DNA of 64,000 nt from Candidatus Thorarchaeota archaeon (GCA_011364985.1 RDOC01000005.1:32001-96000); one strand, 5' to 3'; shown: positions 49,922 to 60,290, counted from the first letter of the stretch. The notes: a model not told the origin generated them from the sequence alone. Program-made: numbers and translations.

Positions 49922-51070
49922 ATGAAGCTTTTCGAACACGAGGCGAAAGAGATCTTCCGAACCTTTGGAATGCCTCTTCCGCTTGGAGGAGTTGCCTATA
50001 CCCCCGAAGAGGCAAGAACCAGAGCGATAGAAGTAGGAAAACCAGTTGCCGTGAAGGCACAAGCACTCACTGGCAAAAGAGGAAAAGCAGGCGGGGTGAG
50101 ATTTGCTAATACGCCGGAGGAAGCAGAAGCCCTAGCCAAGGACATCCTTGCCATGCGTATCAATGACTTGCCTGTGAAATCGATTCTTGTTGAAGAGAAA
50201 CTGAGCATTCAACAAGAGATCTACGCTGGAATAACTGTTGATAGAAATGAGCGCAAGTATGTGGTCATTGGCAGTGCAGCTGGGGGAATGTCTATTGAAG
50301 AGCTAGCCGAGACAAGTCCGGGAAAAATAATCAAAAGACATGTAGACCCCTTAGGAGACCTCCAAGCATACGAAGCCCGTGAGATTGCAATAGACATGGG
50401 GTTCAAAGGAAAGCAAATCAATAGCCTTGCAGGATTGTTTCTCAAGCTATGGAGTATTGTTGAGGAGTATGATGTTGAACTAACAGAGATTAACCCCTTA
50501 ATACTCACGACCGATGGTAGATTCCTCGCCGCAGATGCACGTCTGAATATTGATGATAATGCGTTGTTCCGGCATAAGAAACTCATTGAGAACATGAAGC
50601 GTGATACGGTGGAACAAAACGAGAGAGAGAAGCTGGCCACCGCAGAAGGAATGGCCTATGTGGAACTGGACGGGGACATCGCATGCATATGCAATGGCGC
50701 TGGACTTACAATGGCGACACTTGATGCAGTTTCGATATATGGAGGAAAGGCTAGCACGTTCCTTGATCTAGGAGGAGGCGCCGACGCTGAGAGAGTAGAG
50801 AAAGGCGTTGAGATAGCAATGAAATATGACAAGGTGAAAGCCATCTTGGTGAATATCATGGGAGGAATCACCCGTTGTGATGACGTTGCAAATGGAATTG
50901 TGTCAGCAAAACAGGATGGGGATATTACTGTACCACTAGTGATACGAATGGTAGGAACAAATGAAGAAGAGGGACAGAGAATTCTGAACGAAGCTGGAAT
51001 CCCGTTTCTCCAGACAATGGAGGAGGCAGCTCAGAAAGTTGTTACTCTTGCCGAGGGAGAGGATGCATAG
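49922..51070 (+). CDS. sucC: Succinyl-CoA synthetase beta subunit
   Basis: MKLFEHEAK, GKRGKAGG, EINPL, NGAGLTM, GGITRCD. Confidence 0.95.
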   Translation: MKLFEHEAKEIFRTFGMPLPLGGVAYTPEEARTRAIEVGKPVAVKAQALTGKRGKAGGVRFANTPEEAEALAKDILAMRINDLPVKSILVEEKLSIQQEIYAGITVDRNERKYVVIGSAAGGMSIEELAETSPGKIIKRHVDPLGDLQAYEAREIAIDMGFKGKQINSLAGLFLKLWSIVEEYDVELTEINPLILTTDGRFLAADARLNIDDNALFRHKKLIENMKRDTVEQNEREKLATAEGMAYVELDGDIACICNGAGLTMATLDAVSIYGGKASTFLDLGGGADAERVEKGVEIAMKYDKVKAILVNIMGGITRCDDVANGIVSAKQDGDITVPLVIRMVGTNEEEGQRILNEAGIPFLQTMEEAAQKVVTLAEGEDA

Positions 51071-51940
51071 ATGGCAGTATTGATAGACAAGAATTCAAGG
51101 GTCCTTGTTCAGGGTATCACGGGTTCACAGGGGACTTTCCATACAAAGGCAATGCTGGACTATGGCACCAATATCGTGGCTGGAATGACACCAGGCAAAC
51201 TGGGAGAAGAGGTATACGGTGTTCCCGTTTACGACAGCGTTAAGCAAGCCAAAAGGGAAATGGATGTCACGGCCTCTATCATCTTTGTTCCTGCACCCTT
51301 CGCAGGAGATGCCGCTCTTGAGGCGATTGCAGCAGACTTGAATCCTGTAGTTGTAATCACTGAACATGTTCCTGTACAAGATGAGATGCGAGTCATTCAT
51401 GTTGCAAGAGCCAAGGGAATCAGCATGATTGGTCCAAATACGCCAGGTATTATCACACCTGGAGCAAAGCAGAAAGTCGGAATAATGCCAGGTCATGTAT
51501 TTGCCGATGGGAAGGTGGGCCTTATGTCAAGGAGCGGTACTCTCACCTATGAGATAGCTGCGGGCATGACGAATGCAAATATCGGCATTTCCACAGCGAT
51601 TGGTCTTGGAGGAGACCCCTGTGTTGGACTGACAACGATAGAAGCCGTCAAGATGTTTAGTGAAGACAAGGACACAAAGGCGATGGTGCTCGTTGGTGAG
51701 ATCGGCGGTGATGCTGAGGAAAAGGCTGCTGCATACATGAAAGACCATGTTGACAAGCCTGCTGTGGCATTCATTGCAGGAAGAACTGCACCGCCAGGAA
51801 AACGAATGGGGCACGCTGGTGCCATCATCAGTGGGAGTACCGGGACCGCAGCAGCGAAGATTGCAGCATTCAAGGATGCAGGAATTCCCGTTGGTGACAA
51901 GCCAAGTGATGTGGCTAGGCTGCTTGAAGAGATACTCTGA
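51071..51940 (+). CDS. sucD: Succinyl-CoA synthetase alpha subunit
   Basis: VQGITG, GPNTPG, SRSGTLTYE, MGHAGA. Confidence 0.96.
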   Translation: MAVLIDKNSRVLVQGITGSQGTFHTKAMLDYGTNIVAGMTPGKLGEEVYGVPVYDSVKQAKREMDVTASIIFVPAPFAGDAALEAIAADLNPVVVITEHVPVQDEMRVIHVARAKGISMIGPNTPGIITPGAKQKVGIMPGHVFADGKVGLMSRSGTLTYEIAAGMTNANIGISTAIGLGGDPCVGLTTIEAVKMFSEDKDTKAMVLVGEIGGDAEEKAAAYMKDHVDKPAVAFIAGRTAPPGKRMGHAGAIISGSTGTAAAKIAAFKDAGIPVGDKPSDVARLLEEIL

Positions 51941-52053
51941 AGCAGAGTAGAAATCTGTGGAAAGAGCACAAGCTTTTAAAACAGAATCCAGCAGGAAACC
52001 AGAGCGGGCTCACTAGAGACTATGTCCGCAGCTAATGGAAAGAGGTCCGAGAT

Positions 52054-52212
52054 ATGCCAGTTGCTGATATCGAAAAGCGCAGACTAGCACAACACTACCT
52101 GCTCTACAAGTCAATATGCAGATACTGTGGAGCGACTAATCCACTTAAGGCTAAGAAGTGCAGGAAATGTAAGAACAAGGACCTCAGGCCAAAGAGGCGG
52201 TCAAAGAGATAG
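52054..52212 (+). CDS. rpl40e: 50S ribosomal protein L40e
   Basis: Manual translation MPVADIEKRRLAQHYLLYKSICRYCGATNPLKAKKCRKCKNKDLRPKRRSKR; below the ORF-track length cutoff. Confidence 0.95.
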   Translation: MPVADIEKRRLAQHYLLYKSICRYCGATNPLKAKKCRKCKNKDLRPKRRSKR

Positions 52213-52238
52213 TCTACTTGCGCCCGTGGCGAGAATGA

Positions 52239-52345
52239 GGGCGGGTGGTCTAGCTGGCTATGACGTCGCCTTCACACGGCGAAGGTCAGGGGTTCGAAAA
52301 CCTGCAGGATTTACCTGCGTGTTGAAACTCCCCTCCTGCCCACCA
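52239..52345 (+). tRNA. tRNA-Val(CAC) with a 30-nt intron (52299-52328) at position 59/60 and encoded CCA
   Basis: Acceptor GGGCGGG/CCTGCCC-A-CCA; anticodon arm TCGCC-TT-CAC-AC-GGCGA; T-arm AGGGG-TTCGAA|T-CCCCT restored after removing a BHB-flanked insert. Confidence 0.93.
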
Positions 52346-52375
52346 TAAGCATGAATTGTACTGAGAGGCTCAAAA

Positions 52376-52591
52376 ATGCCAAAACAAATGACCGATGTCA
52401 ATAAGTTTCTCGGGATGACAGAGGACGCTATCGAATGCAGAGTGAAGAGAGGTTCAGACCACGTTAAGCTGAAACTACGCACAAAGAGATACCTCTACAC
52501 AATAATCCTTGAGCCTCAAGAAGCAGAGTCTGTTCTGCAGAATGTGAAGTGCCAGATAGTTGAGGCCAGACCAAAGATCAAAGAAGACTAG
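52376..52591 (+). CDS. rpl38e: 50S ribosomal protein L38e
   Basis: MPKQ..D..KF...RVKR...VKLKLRTKRYLYT. Confidence 0.92.
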   Translation: MPKQMTDVNKFLGMTEDAIECRVKRGSDHVKLKLRTKRYLYTIILEPQEAESVLQNVKCQIVEARPKIKED

Positions 52592-53853
52592 ATTTCAATC
52601 ACGTCATTGATATCCGGGATATTTGCTCTTCTGCCCTTTTTCTTCAATATATCTGCTAATGCATCACAAGACTCCGATTCTCCATGAACTATGTGGAACT
52701 TAGGATTGCCAGGAATGCGTTCCAATAGGTCAACCAGTCCAACCGAGTCCGAGTGAGAAGAGAGATGATGCATTCTCACTTCTGCTTTGACCTCGAATTC
52801 GCGGCTTCCAACACTGACCTTCTTCGTTGCCAGAAGCTCTGCTCCCGGCGTGCCTGGAATCTGAAAACTCACAAAGATGATTGAATTCTTAGGGTTATCA
52901 TGAAGGAGCTTGAAGTAGAGGTGAGATGCTCCCCCCTTCAACATTCCAGCTGGTGAAACGATTATCCCACCACTTTCTGCTGCTTTCTTCCGGTCTCGAT
53001 TGTCATGAACAATTCTCGTGCGACTTACTGCTCTAGTAAAGGATTGAGGGCTTTGAAGATACTCGGGATGTCTGACCAGAATATCATTGACTTGGCGTGC
53101 CATTCCATCAATATAGACTGGGAATTTTCGGGAGATTTCACTCTGTTCAAGGATACACATAATCTCCTGACTTCTTCCCACGGCAAAGGCAGGAATTAGG
53201 ACAGTTCCGCCCCGTTCCACTGTTTCAAGCACAGTTTCAATCAAAGCCTGTGTTATCTCGGCTCGGTCCGGATTTATTCGACGTGCATAGGTGCTCTCCG
53301 TGATTACAACATCGTGCTTTGGAAGATTCTTTCTTGCTCCCAAATTTAGCTTGGACTCGGTTGCATTGAAATCTCCGGTGAAAAGCACACGTTTGCCGTT
53401 CACGCGGATAGAAACCATAGCGCTACCAGGAATATGTCCAGCATTGAATAGTGTCAGTTCAAAATGACGACCAAGAGGAACCGTTTCTTCATATGCGGTG
53501 GCATCGCACTGCCTTTTCACCAAAGCAATATCCTTTCGTGTGTAAGGAAGGCGACCTCTTGAGATATTATGGAGGTCTCTAAGAAGCAACACACTCAGGT
53601 CGCGGGTAGCCGGAGTGCAGTATAGAGAGGCCTCTGTGTTGGAAAGAATCCGCGGAATACCACCTGAATGATCAAGATGAGCGTGAGTGAGTGCTACTCC
53701 CTGCATATCATCAAGAGAGACCATATCAGGAAAACTTGGGGGATCGGTGAATTTCACACCGTAATCGATCATTACACTTTCATCATGGTGTTCCAAGAAG
53801 AACCCCGATCGTCCAATTTCTCTGCATGAACCGAGAAATGTCAATTGCGCCAT
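52588..53853 (-). CDS. MBL/beta-CASP ribonuclease
   Basis: EIGRS, THAHLDHSG, AGHIPGS, TGD, ESTY, FAVGRSQE, SSHSD, VHGE. Confidence 0.93.
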   Translation of the reverse strand: MAQLTFLGSCREIGRSGFFLEHHDESVMIDYGVKFTDPPSFPDMVSLDDMQGVALTHAHLDHSGGIPRILSNTEASLYCTPATRDLSVLLLRDLHNISRGRLPYTRKDIALVKRQCDATAYEETVPLGRHFELTLFNAGHIPGSAMVSIRVNGKRVLFTGDFNATESKLNLGARKNLPKHDVVITESTYARRINPDRAEITQALIETVLETVERGGTVLIPAFAVGRSQEIMCILEQSEISRKFPVYIDGMARQVNDILVRHPEYLQSPQSFTRAVSRTRIVHDNRDRKKAAESGGIIVSPAGMLKGGASHLYFKLLHDNPKNSIIFVSFQIPGTPGAELLATKKVSVGSREFEVKAEVRMHHLSSHSDSVGLVDLLERIPGNPKFHIVHGESESCDALADILKKKGRRANIPDINDVIEI

Positions 53854-54064
53854 TAATAGAAACTTCCTAGGAGGTCGCCTTTCATATGTAAGAAAAGCCT
53901 TCCGAATTGCGACATCAATTTCAGGATTTTCAAAAAGAACAGAATACCATGAATCGGGCGGAAAATGGAGCCTCTGCATTCTCGATAAAAAGCGAAATCT
54001 ATATCAGTTGTAATCAGCTGATGCTTATTGTCATAGTATTTGACAGCACGTGGAGAGGCTAAGG

Positions 54065-54376
54065 GTGACAGACGATAAGAACAAGGAAAAGCCTAAGACT
54101 GTCAATGGCGGCAATTCAGTGATTCTTGTTGGGAATAAGAATGTCATGTCCTACGTCCTAGCATGCGTAACACTATTCAACAAAGGAGCGAAAGAGGTTG
54201 TAATTAAGGCTCGAGGCAGGCTAATCAGTCGTGCGGTAGATGTCGCAGAGATTACAAGAAATAGATTCATCTCCGAGTTGGTAGTCAAGAGCATTGAAAT
54301 TGGAACCACAACTGTGCAGACAGACAAGGGCAGCGACCTAAATGTATCAACGATTGATATAACTCTCTCCAAATAG
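54065..54376 (+). CDS. albA: DNA/RNA-binding protein Alba
   Basis: [32 protein letters not shown]. Confidence 0.95.
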   Translation: MTDDKNKEKPKTVNGGNSVILVGNKNVMSYVLACVTLFNKGAKEVVIKARGRLISRAVDVAEITRNRFISELVVKSIEIGTTTVQTDKGSDLNVSTIDITLSK

Positions 54377-54449
54377 TATAACTAGTGTGAAGTCGTTTCT
54401 CACCCAAGGCCAAGCCGTTGCTGGCATTCGAAGCGGTGAGGAACAATCA

Positions 54450-55034
54450 ATGAAGCTACCTGTATGTATCTTTGACATAGAATCCGATATGCTGTGTTCA
54501 AACTGCCAGGACCGACTTGATCGGGGCGAGATAACTAGATTCGACATTGACTTCTCCAAATGGCTATTGGATCGCCTGAGGAAATACCCACCCTTAGAAG
54601 ACTTGAGCCTGCAGAGAGCCATCAAAACAGCCAATCACTTGATTCTTGTGACTAAGAAGAAAAACGCGCATATTCTCGAATCATTGGAGCCGTTGGTTGC
54701 AGAGATGCAACAGACTTTCGGAGAACTCTTGATTTTTGAGCAACCGCTAAAACTCCGTAGGGTCGTCAGACAGCTTATAGACCCAGCAATGGAGGTGGGT
54801 GTCAATAGCCTGTACCTACCGGATGGAACTCGTGAGAGTATTGTAATGTTGAGAAACGACGACAAAGAGAAGATCCTTTTCTCAAAGGAGAGCCTTAGAG
54901 ATATCGCATCCGCTGTGCTTGGAGAACCAGTACTCTTTCAATATCAAGATGATCGTGTTGAGAAGGTCGATGACACGAAGGATTCCTTTGATGAAAAAAT
55001 GAAGGAGTTCTCGTTTCGTCAAAAACGACGGTGA
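54450..55034 (+). CDS. Archaeal NusA-like / KH-type protein with N-terminal Cys motif
   Basis: MKLPVCIFD..SDMLCSNCQ..L..GEIT..D; GVNSLYLPDG. Confidence 0.7.
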   Translation: MKLPVCIFDIESDMLCSNCQDRLDRGEITRFDIDFSKWLLDRLRKYPPLEDLSLQRAIKTANHLILVTKKKNAHILESLEPLVAEMQQTFGELLIFEQPLKLRRVVRQLIDPAMEVGVNSLYLPDGTRESIVMLRNDDKEKILFSKESLRDIASAVLGEPVLFQYQDDRVEKVDDTKDSFDEKMKEFSFRQKRR

Positions 55035-55035
55035 C

Positions 55036-56373
55036 TCAGACACGATTGATGGGATGATTCTTCATAATTTCACGTAGGATTACCGTGGCATAGGAGCCCT
55101 TTCGAAGTCTAAATCTCAGTCGTAATTCCGAGCCCGAGCAAGATGCTTCAAGTGCTTGTGGACGAATTGAAACCAAATGGAACCCTCCAGAGGAGTCCAA
55201 CGCCCGCATCTCGCGATTCTTGAAATCCAATAGATGAATTCCTTCCTCTTTGAGAATCTGTAACAGCATTTCCGTTTGGACTGAAGAAGGTGTTTTCGTT
55301 GCATAGCCGGGAAGAGGTGCTGCAAGCCCAAAGCATCCTGCTGCAACACTCTCAACTCGGGAAGCCAGATTCTTCTGGGTCGTATATAGCCATGAATCCC
55401 GCCCAGAATGCGTTTCATCGAGCTGTATTATGAAGTCTCCAAGCTGGGGCATTTCGAGGTCGAGACCTTTCCTAGCCCGCATACTGATTAGTCTGTTGAA
55501 CAAATAGGACTGAAAGGAATGGATGAAGAACGTAAGAACGCGAGAAGGGACCTTAGAGAAGGCCGCTTGATAATCATTGGGGTTCTTGGCAAGATAGTGA
55601 AGCATATCACGCTCGTACCTTAAATCCTCTGGGAACTCATCAATAGTAGATGGGCTTGGAACAAGGGAATCGGCAAGGTCAGTTCGAGCTTCGGTCAGGC
55701 CTTCTGGTTCGTAGGGACTTGTTTGGGTAAGGAGTACACGAGCAGCCTGCTCATAGTCTTTCTTCACAAGCCACTTTCCTACTAGGTGGGTCACTGGCCT
55801 TGTAACCCCAAATCTCTGCACACCAAAATAATTGAGCAGAGGATGATTCTTGATCTTCTCTACGACTGAATAAGCCGCCTCGCAAGACGTTTCTATATTT
55901 GCGAGAAGAATCGTGAATCGGTTCCCCCATAGATCCCCGACCTGAACCGGACGACTCGTATATACAGGGTTTCGCATGAGAATATGGACTAGATTTACTT
56001 GGTCAAGCCGCCTCGAAGCACCACGTGGGATAGACATGATCTGTGTGGTAATAGCACGTTTGTCTTTTAGTCCGGCATAGGTGACAAGATGTTGTGGAAT
56101 CCCAAGCTCAGACGCAATGATTTCAGAAACGTCCATTGTAGACAGGCCCATCTTCTGAACCGTGAAACTCACAAACTTCTTCTTCTTCCCCAAAGGGGGC
56201 AAATTTGCTTGCTCAGTGTTCCAGTCTATGACTTCAAGAATTTCTCCATTAGGTCGAATTTCTTCCACTACGAAGTCTTCGAAACGAGTCTTCAGTTTGC
56301 CTCCGATTCCTGAACCAGAGATGCTATACGATTCCATCCCCATTGATTTTTCGAACTCGGCAATTGATTCCAT
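55036..56373 (-). CDS. truD: tRNA pseudouridine(13) synthase TruD/Pus7
   Basis: EDFVVEE, AGLKDKRAIT, GNRF, NYFGVQRFG, GSYAT. Confidence 0.95.
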   Translation of the reverse strand: MESIAEFEKSMGMESYSISGSGIGGKLKTRFEDFVVEEIRPNGEILEVIDWNTEQANLPPLGKKKKFVSFTVQKMGLSTMDVSEIIASELGIPQHLVTYAGLKDKRAITTQIMSIPRGASRRLDQVNLVHILMRNPVYTSRPVQVGDLWGNRFTILLANIETSCEAAYSVVEKIKNHPLLNYFGVQRFGVTRPVTHLVGKWLVKKDYEQAARVLLTQTSPYEPEGLTEARTDLADSLVPSPSTIDEFPEDLRYERDMLHYLAKNPNDYQAAFSKVPSRVLTFFIHSFQSYLFNRLISMRARKGLDLEMPQLGDFIIQLDETHSGRDSWLYTTQKNLASRVESVAAGCFGLAAPLPGYATKTPSSVQTEMLLQILKEEGIHLLDFKNREMRALDSSGGFHLVSIRPQALEASCSGSELRLRFRLRKGSYATVILREIMKNHPINRV

Positions 56374-56383
56374 TTGAAAATCC

Positions 56384-56752
56384 TCACAATAGCTTGAGAT
56401 TTCCTGTAATCCTGTCAATCTCCTCAGCCTTACCAGGCCCAATTCCAATGACTGTTGTAGTACCAGGAGGCAGCTCTGTCATACCAGCATCTTGTATCAC
56501 AGCAAAGGGCATCTTGAGGTCAATAGCAACATTGCGAAGCTCTAGTAGTTCCTCCTCAGAAGAGACCTTAACAACTACCTTCTTCTGTCCTTCCTTAAAC
56601 CAAGCTTTCCAGATGTCTTTAGAACAAGCACGAACATGTTCAGCTGCGGTGACAGATCCATGAGCCACTTGGACGGCTGTCTTTCCTTTGCTCATTGCTA
56701 GGTCGGTTCTCACGGCAATTATCTGTTTGTACTTGAATTCTCTTGCAGTCAT
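56384..56752 (-). CDS. pth2: Peptidyl-tRNA hydrolase Pth2
   Basis: RTDLAMSKGK.AVQVAH, GQKKVV, DAGMTE, GIGP. Confidence 0.96.
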   Translation of the reverse strand: MTAREFKYKQIIAVRTDLAMSKGKTAVQVAHGSVTAAEHVRACSKDIWKAWFKEGQKKVVVKVSSEEELLELRNVAIDLKMPFAVIQDAGMTELPPGTTTVIGIGPGKAEEIDRITGNLKLL

Positions 56753-56824
56753 CTTGATGCCTTCCAGTTGATTTGAGATGCAAGAGGAGAAATAAAAAAG
56801 GGTCGTTTTGACTATGCAGATGAG

Positions 56825-58039
56825 ATGAAACAATCACATTACGATGTCTCAGTGGTTGGCGCCGGTCCAGCAGGATTGATTGCTGCTGAGAAAATCGCCA
56901 GTGAAGGCAATAGCGTGGTTGTTTTCGAGGAACATCAAAGGATTGGAGAACCCGACCATTGTGCTGGGCTGCTAAGTACCTCTGGTCTTCAGGCTCTAGA
57001 ATTAAGTCCACCAAAAGGTATGATTCAAAATCATGTTCTTGGAGCACGGTTGTTCTCTCCATCTGGTGACCATATTACGATAGAGAGAGGAAAACGAGAA
57101 GCGCTGGTTATTCATCGTCCAAGATTCGATTCATGGCTGGGGGAGTTAGCAAAGGGCGCAGGTGCAACCATTGAAACGAGCGTCAAAGTTGTTGATGTTG
57201 GTAAGGACGAAAGCGGTAATCGAATGCTAAGCCTCAGAAGAGCAACTGAATCTACCAGAATTTCTTCTTCAATTATTGTGAACGCTGAAGGTCATCGTGG
57301 CATTCTGTCAACCAAGCTGGGAATTCCAACGGTTCCTCGGAAGTCGAAGTTTCCGGCGTATCAGTTCGAAGTTGAGGACGCAGATGTGGAGGATGACTTT
57401 GTGGAGATGTATTTTGGCAGACAGGTCGCTCCAGGTTTTTTCGCGTGGCTGATACCACTTGGAAATGGAAAGGCACGAATTGGATTGGCTGCAAAAGACC
57501 AACCAAGGAAACGCCTTGAAGGAATTATGCGTTTTCACAAAGGCCTCAAGGACAAACTGCAAAATGCAACCATTTCCAGAGGTTTTGGTGGTGTGGTGTT
57601 ATTAGGGATGCCAGTAAGTCCAACCTACGCAGAAAGAGCACTGGCTGTCGGTGACGCTGCGGGGATTGTTAAGCCGACAACTGGAGGCGGAGTAATCTTT
57701 GGAGGCGTTGCATCTCGTGTAGCAGGAAGAATAGTGAATGAGGCCTTGAAGAAGAACGACTACTCCACAGAGATGCTTCAGAAGTATGACAGTGGATGGC
57801 GGAGCCTTCTAATTAATGACCTTCGCTCAATGAATTTTACACATAGAATTCTCTCATCATTAGCCGATAAGGGACTGAATTCTTTGTTTAGGGACATCCG
57901 CGACCTCGACCTAATATCCACTATAAGAAAGGAAGGAAATATGGACATGCAGGGACGAGTCATTGGAAGACTGCTGACTCAACCGATAGCCCTGCTCGCT
58001 GGTCTGAAGGCAATCAGGTACTTCTGTTCAATTCCATAG
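56825..58039 (+). CDS. Geranylgeranyl reductase family FAD oxidoreductase
   Basis: VGAGPAG, PDHCAG, APGFFAWLIP, GDAAG..KPTTGGG. Confidence 0.9.
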   Translation: MKQSHYDVSVVGAGPAGLIAAEKIASEGNSVVVFEEHQRIGEPDHCAGLLSTSGLQALELSPPKGMIQNHVLGARLFSPSGDHITIERGKREALVIHRPRFDSWLGELAKGAGATIETSVKVVDVGKDESGNRMLSLRRATESTRISSSIIVNAEGHRGILSTKLGIPTVPRKSKFPAYQFEVEDADVEDDFVEMYFGRQVAPGFFAWLIPLGNGKARIGLAAKDQPRKRLEGIMRFHKGLKDKLQNATISRGFGGVVLLGMPVSPTYAERALAVGDAAGIVKPTTGGGVIFGGVASRVAGRIVNEALKKNDYSTEMLQKYDSGWRSLLINDLRSMNFTHRILSSLADKGLNSLFRDIRDLDLISTIRKEGNMDMQGRVIGRLLTQPIALLAGLKAIRYFCSIP

Positions 58040-58093
58040 GCCAATGGCACACCTTTATGAGCAATATAGCGAGTCCATCAGCAGGAGCGTCAA

Positions 58094-59464
58094 TTGATGG
58101 ACTCATCGAACGAAGGTCGGATTCTCTCTAAGGCCATAGGGATATTGGAGAAACTACCCGTCTGTGATCAATGTCTTGGAAGACAGTTTGCATGGCTGAG
58201 CACAGAAACCTCCAATCGCGAGCGCGGACGATCAATCAAGCTCCTTATATCAATGATAGCGGATGAAAATATGAAATCAGGGAAGAGAGAAGAAGGAATC
58301 CGCCTATTGAAATTGCTAGCTTCAATAGGTAGTTTTCATCCAGCCATAGAAATTGCATCCAGATATTCGATTGAAATTGACCCCAAAAAAAAATGTGCAT
58401 TATGCACTCATCAAGGAAGGAGCATCTTCGATATCATTCCATCCATTGCTCAGCGATTTATGACGGACGTTCAGGAAATTGAGTTCTCAAGCTTCTTGGT
58501 AGGATGCAAACCCATTTCGGAAATGATGGAACGTGAAGATGAAATCAGAGCGGAAATGGGTCTTCTTCATGGAGAGACGTTAAAGGCTGATTTCAATCGT
58601 GAACTCGGGAAGCATCTGAGTCGCCTTCTTCCACAAGACACTAACTTTGGACAGCCTGATGTTGTCCTTGTATATGATATGTTGGAGGACAAATTGGACA
58701 TAAGATTGAATCCTATCTTTATCGAGGGCAAATATAGAAAATTGAAGAGAGGAATTCCGCAAAGCAGATGGGAATGCAGCAAATGCAGAGGAAAGGGATG
58801 TGCTAGCTGTCGGCAGACGGGGCGAATGTACCCCGACTCAATATCCGAGTATATTGGAGAGCCAATCTTGTTAGCGGTTCAAGGGACCAAATACAAGTTT
58901 CATGGTGCAGGAAGAGAGGATATTGATGTTCTGATGTTGGGAACAGGCCGACCCTTTGTCGTTGAAGTATCAGAACCAAAGATTCGAAGTCTGGACTTGG
59001 GGAAGATAGAGAAGAAGATCAACAGATTGTCGAGAAAGAAGGTAGAAGTGATGGACCTTCGGTTGTCTAGCAGATCCGTTGCCCAAAAGTACAAAGAAGA
59101 TGCATCGAATAATGTCAAGGAATACGAAGCGATCATCCGAACATCCGAACCTGTTACACAGAGGGCTCTTCAAGAAACCGCCGAGAAACTAAGTGGTGCA
59201 ACTATCATGCAACAAACACCGGAGCGAGTATCTCATCGAAGAAGTGACCTTGTGAGAGAAAAGCAAATACACAAAGTCGAATTGACTCCACGAAGGGATA
59301 GGAGAATTAAGGCATTTTTTAGGGTTCAAGGTGGGACGTATATCAAAGAACTGATTTCGGGCGATGACGGACGGACCACACCCTCTCTCTCGGAGCAGCT
59401 TGGAACGTCTTGTCAGTGTGATGAGCTTGATGTTGTTAGGATTTGCAACAGCCACACACCATAA
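58094..59464 (+). CDS. pus10: tRNA pseudouridine(54/55) synthase Pus10
   Basis: CDQCLGRQF, GKYRKLKRGIPQ, HGAGREDID, GGTYIKELISGD. Confidence 0.95.
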   Translation: MMDSSNEGRILSKAIGILEKLPVCDQCLGRQFAWLSTETSNRERGRSIKLLISMIADENMKSGKREEGIRLLKLLASIGSFHPAIEIASRYSIEIDPKKKCALCTHQGRSIFDIIPSIAQRFMTDVQEIEFSSFLVGCKPISEMMEREDEIRAEMGLLHGETLKADFNRELGKHLSRLLPQDTNFGQPDVVLVYDMLEDKLDIRLNPIFIEGKYRKLKRGIPQSRWECSKCRGKGCASCRQTGRMYPDSISEYIGEPILLAVQGTKYKFHGAGREDIDVLMLGTGRPFVVEVSEPKIRSLDLGKIEKKINRLSRKKVEVMDLRLSSRSVAQKYKEDASNNVKEYEAIIRTSEPVTQRALQETAEKLSGATIMQQTPERVSHRRSDLVREKQIHKVELTPRRDRRIKAFFRVQGGTYIKELISGDDGRTTPSLSEQLGTSCQCDELDVVRICNSHTP

Positions 59465-59561
59465 TCCTTAAGTGGTGACCCAGGAGGTGATGCTGGACCT
59501 CAAGCACCAATTATGTCTAGAAGAGTTGAGGTTCAGTTCAGAAGCAGTAAGTTGATGCCCC

Positions 59562-59858
59562 ATGGTTAAGAAGAGTCATGGGTACCGTGCCCGAACCCGT
59601 AGTTTGATGAGCAAGAGAATTAGAGAACGAGGAATGAGTTCACTTAGTCAGCTTCTTGTTGACTACGAGATCGGTCAGAGAGTAGACATAGTCATAAACC
59701 CAAGCGTTCACAAGGGAATGCCCCATCGCAGATATCACGGTCGAACGGGTATTGTGACCGATATGAGAGGACGCGGCGTTGTCGTAGAGGTCAAGCTTGG
59801 AAGAGCAACAAAGACCTTGATTGTACGCCCCGATCATCTTCAACCTAGTAGAGGCTGA
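59562..59858 (+). CDS. rpl21e: 50S ribosomal protein L21e
   Basis: SHGYRARTR, KGMPHRRYHGRTG. Confidence 0.97.
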   Translation: MVKKSHGYRARTRSLMSKRIRERGMSSLSQLLVDYEIGQRVDIVINPSVHKGMPHRRYHGRTGIVTDMRGRGVVVEVKLGRATKTLIVRPDHLQPSRG

Positions 59859-59866
59859 GAAAAGAG

Positions 59867-60202
59867 ATGCCAAAAGAAATACTAAGTGAAGAGGAAGTTC
59901 CCATACCGAGAGTCAAGAAACTACTCTCCCAGCGTGCAAAGGAAGGCGAGCTTTCCTTCCAGCAGACAATCACCTTGGAGCATGCTTCAGCCTTCTCCAA
60001 AATGGCACCTGCTGTGGCAGATAAGCTTACCGAAAGGCTGATGAAGAACTATGATATTTCTCGCGCGCTAGCAGTCCAAGTCATTAATATAGCACCCACA
60101 ACGGCAGAGGAGATGAGAACCATATTGGATGTGCGTTCGACGGACCTGACTGGTGAACAGATACAAGAAATCGTCGAGATTATTGAAAAAGCAGTTTCAT
60201 AG
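59867..60202 (+). CDS. rpo4: RNA polymerase subunit Rpo4 (RpoF)
   Basis: ELSFQQ..TLEH..F, INIAPTT.EEMR; conserved synteny. Confidence 0.9.
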   Translation: MPKEILSEEEVPIPRVKKLLSQRAKEGELSFQQTITLEHASAFSKMAPAVADKLTERLMKNYDISRALAVQVINIAPTTAEEMRTILDVRSTDLTGEQIQEIVEIIEKAVS

Positions 60203-60290
60203 TACTAGATTCCCTTCATAGGACGATTACTTTTTATCCGTACCATACTATCTCATCTACAATGCAGCCCCATAGAAGGAGAAAAGGAAG

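Noticed and set aside
52299-52328. tRNA insert interpreted as an integration (att) scar or pseudo-tRNA
   Set aside because: Exact BHB geometry restores a canonical T-loop, and I saw no integrase or duplicated tRNA end in the window.
52127-52482. Short ORFs 52127-52348 (+) and 52258-52482 (-)
   Set aside because: They overlap rpl40e, tRNA-Val and rpl38e; shadow ORFs.
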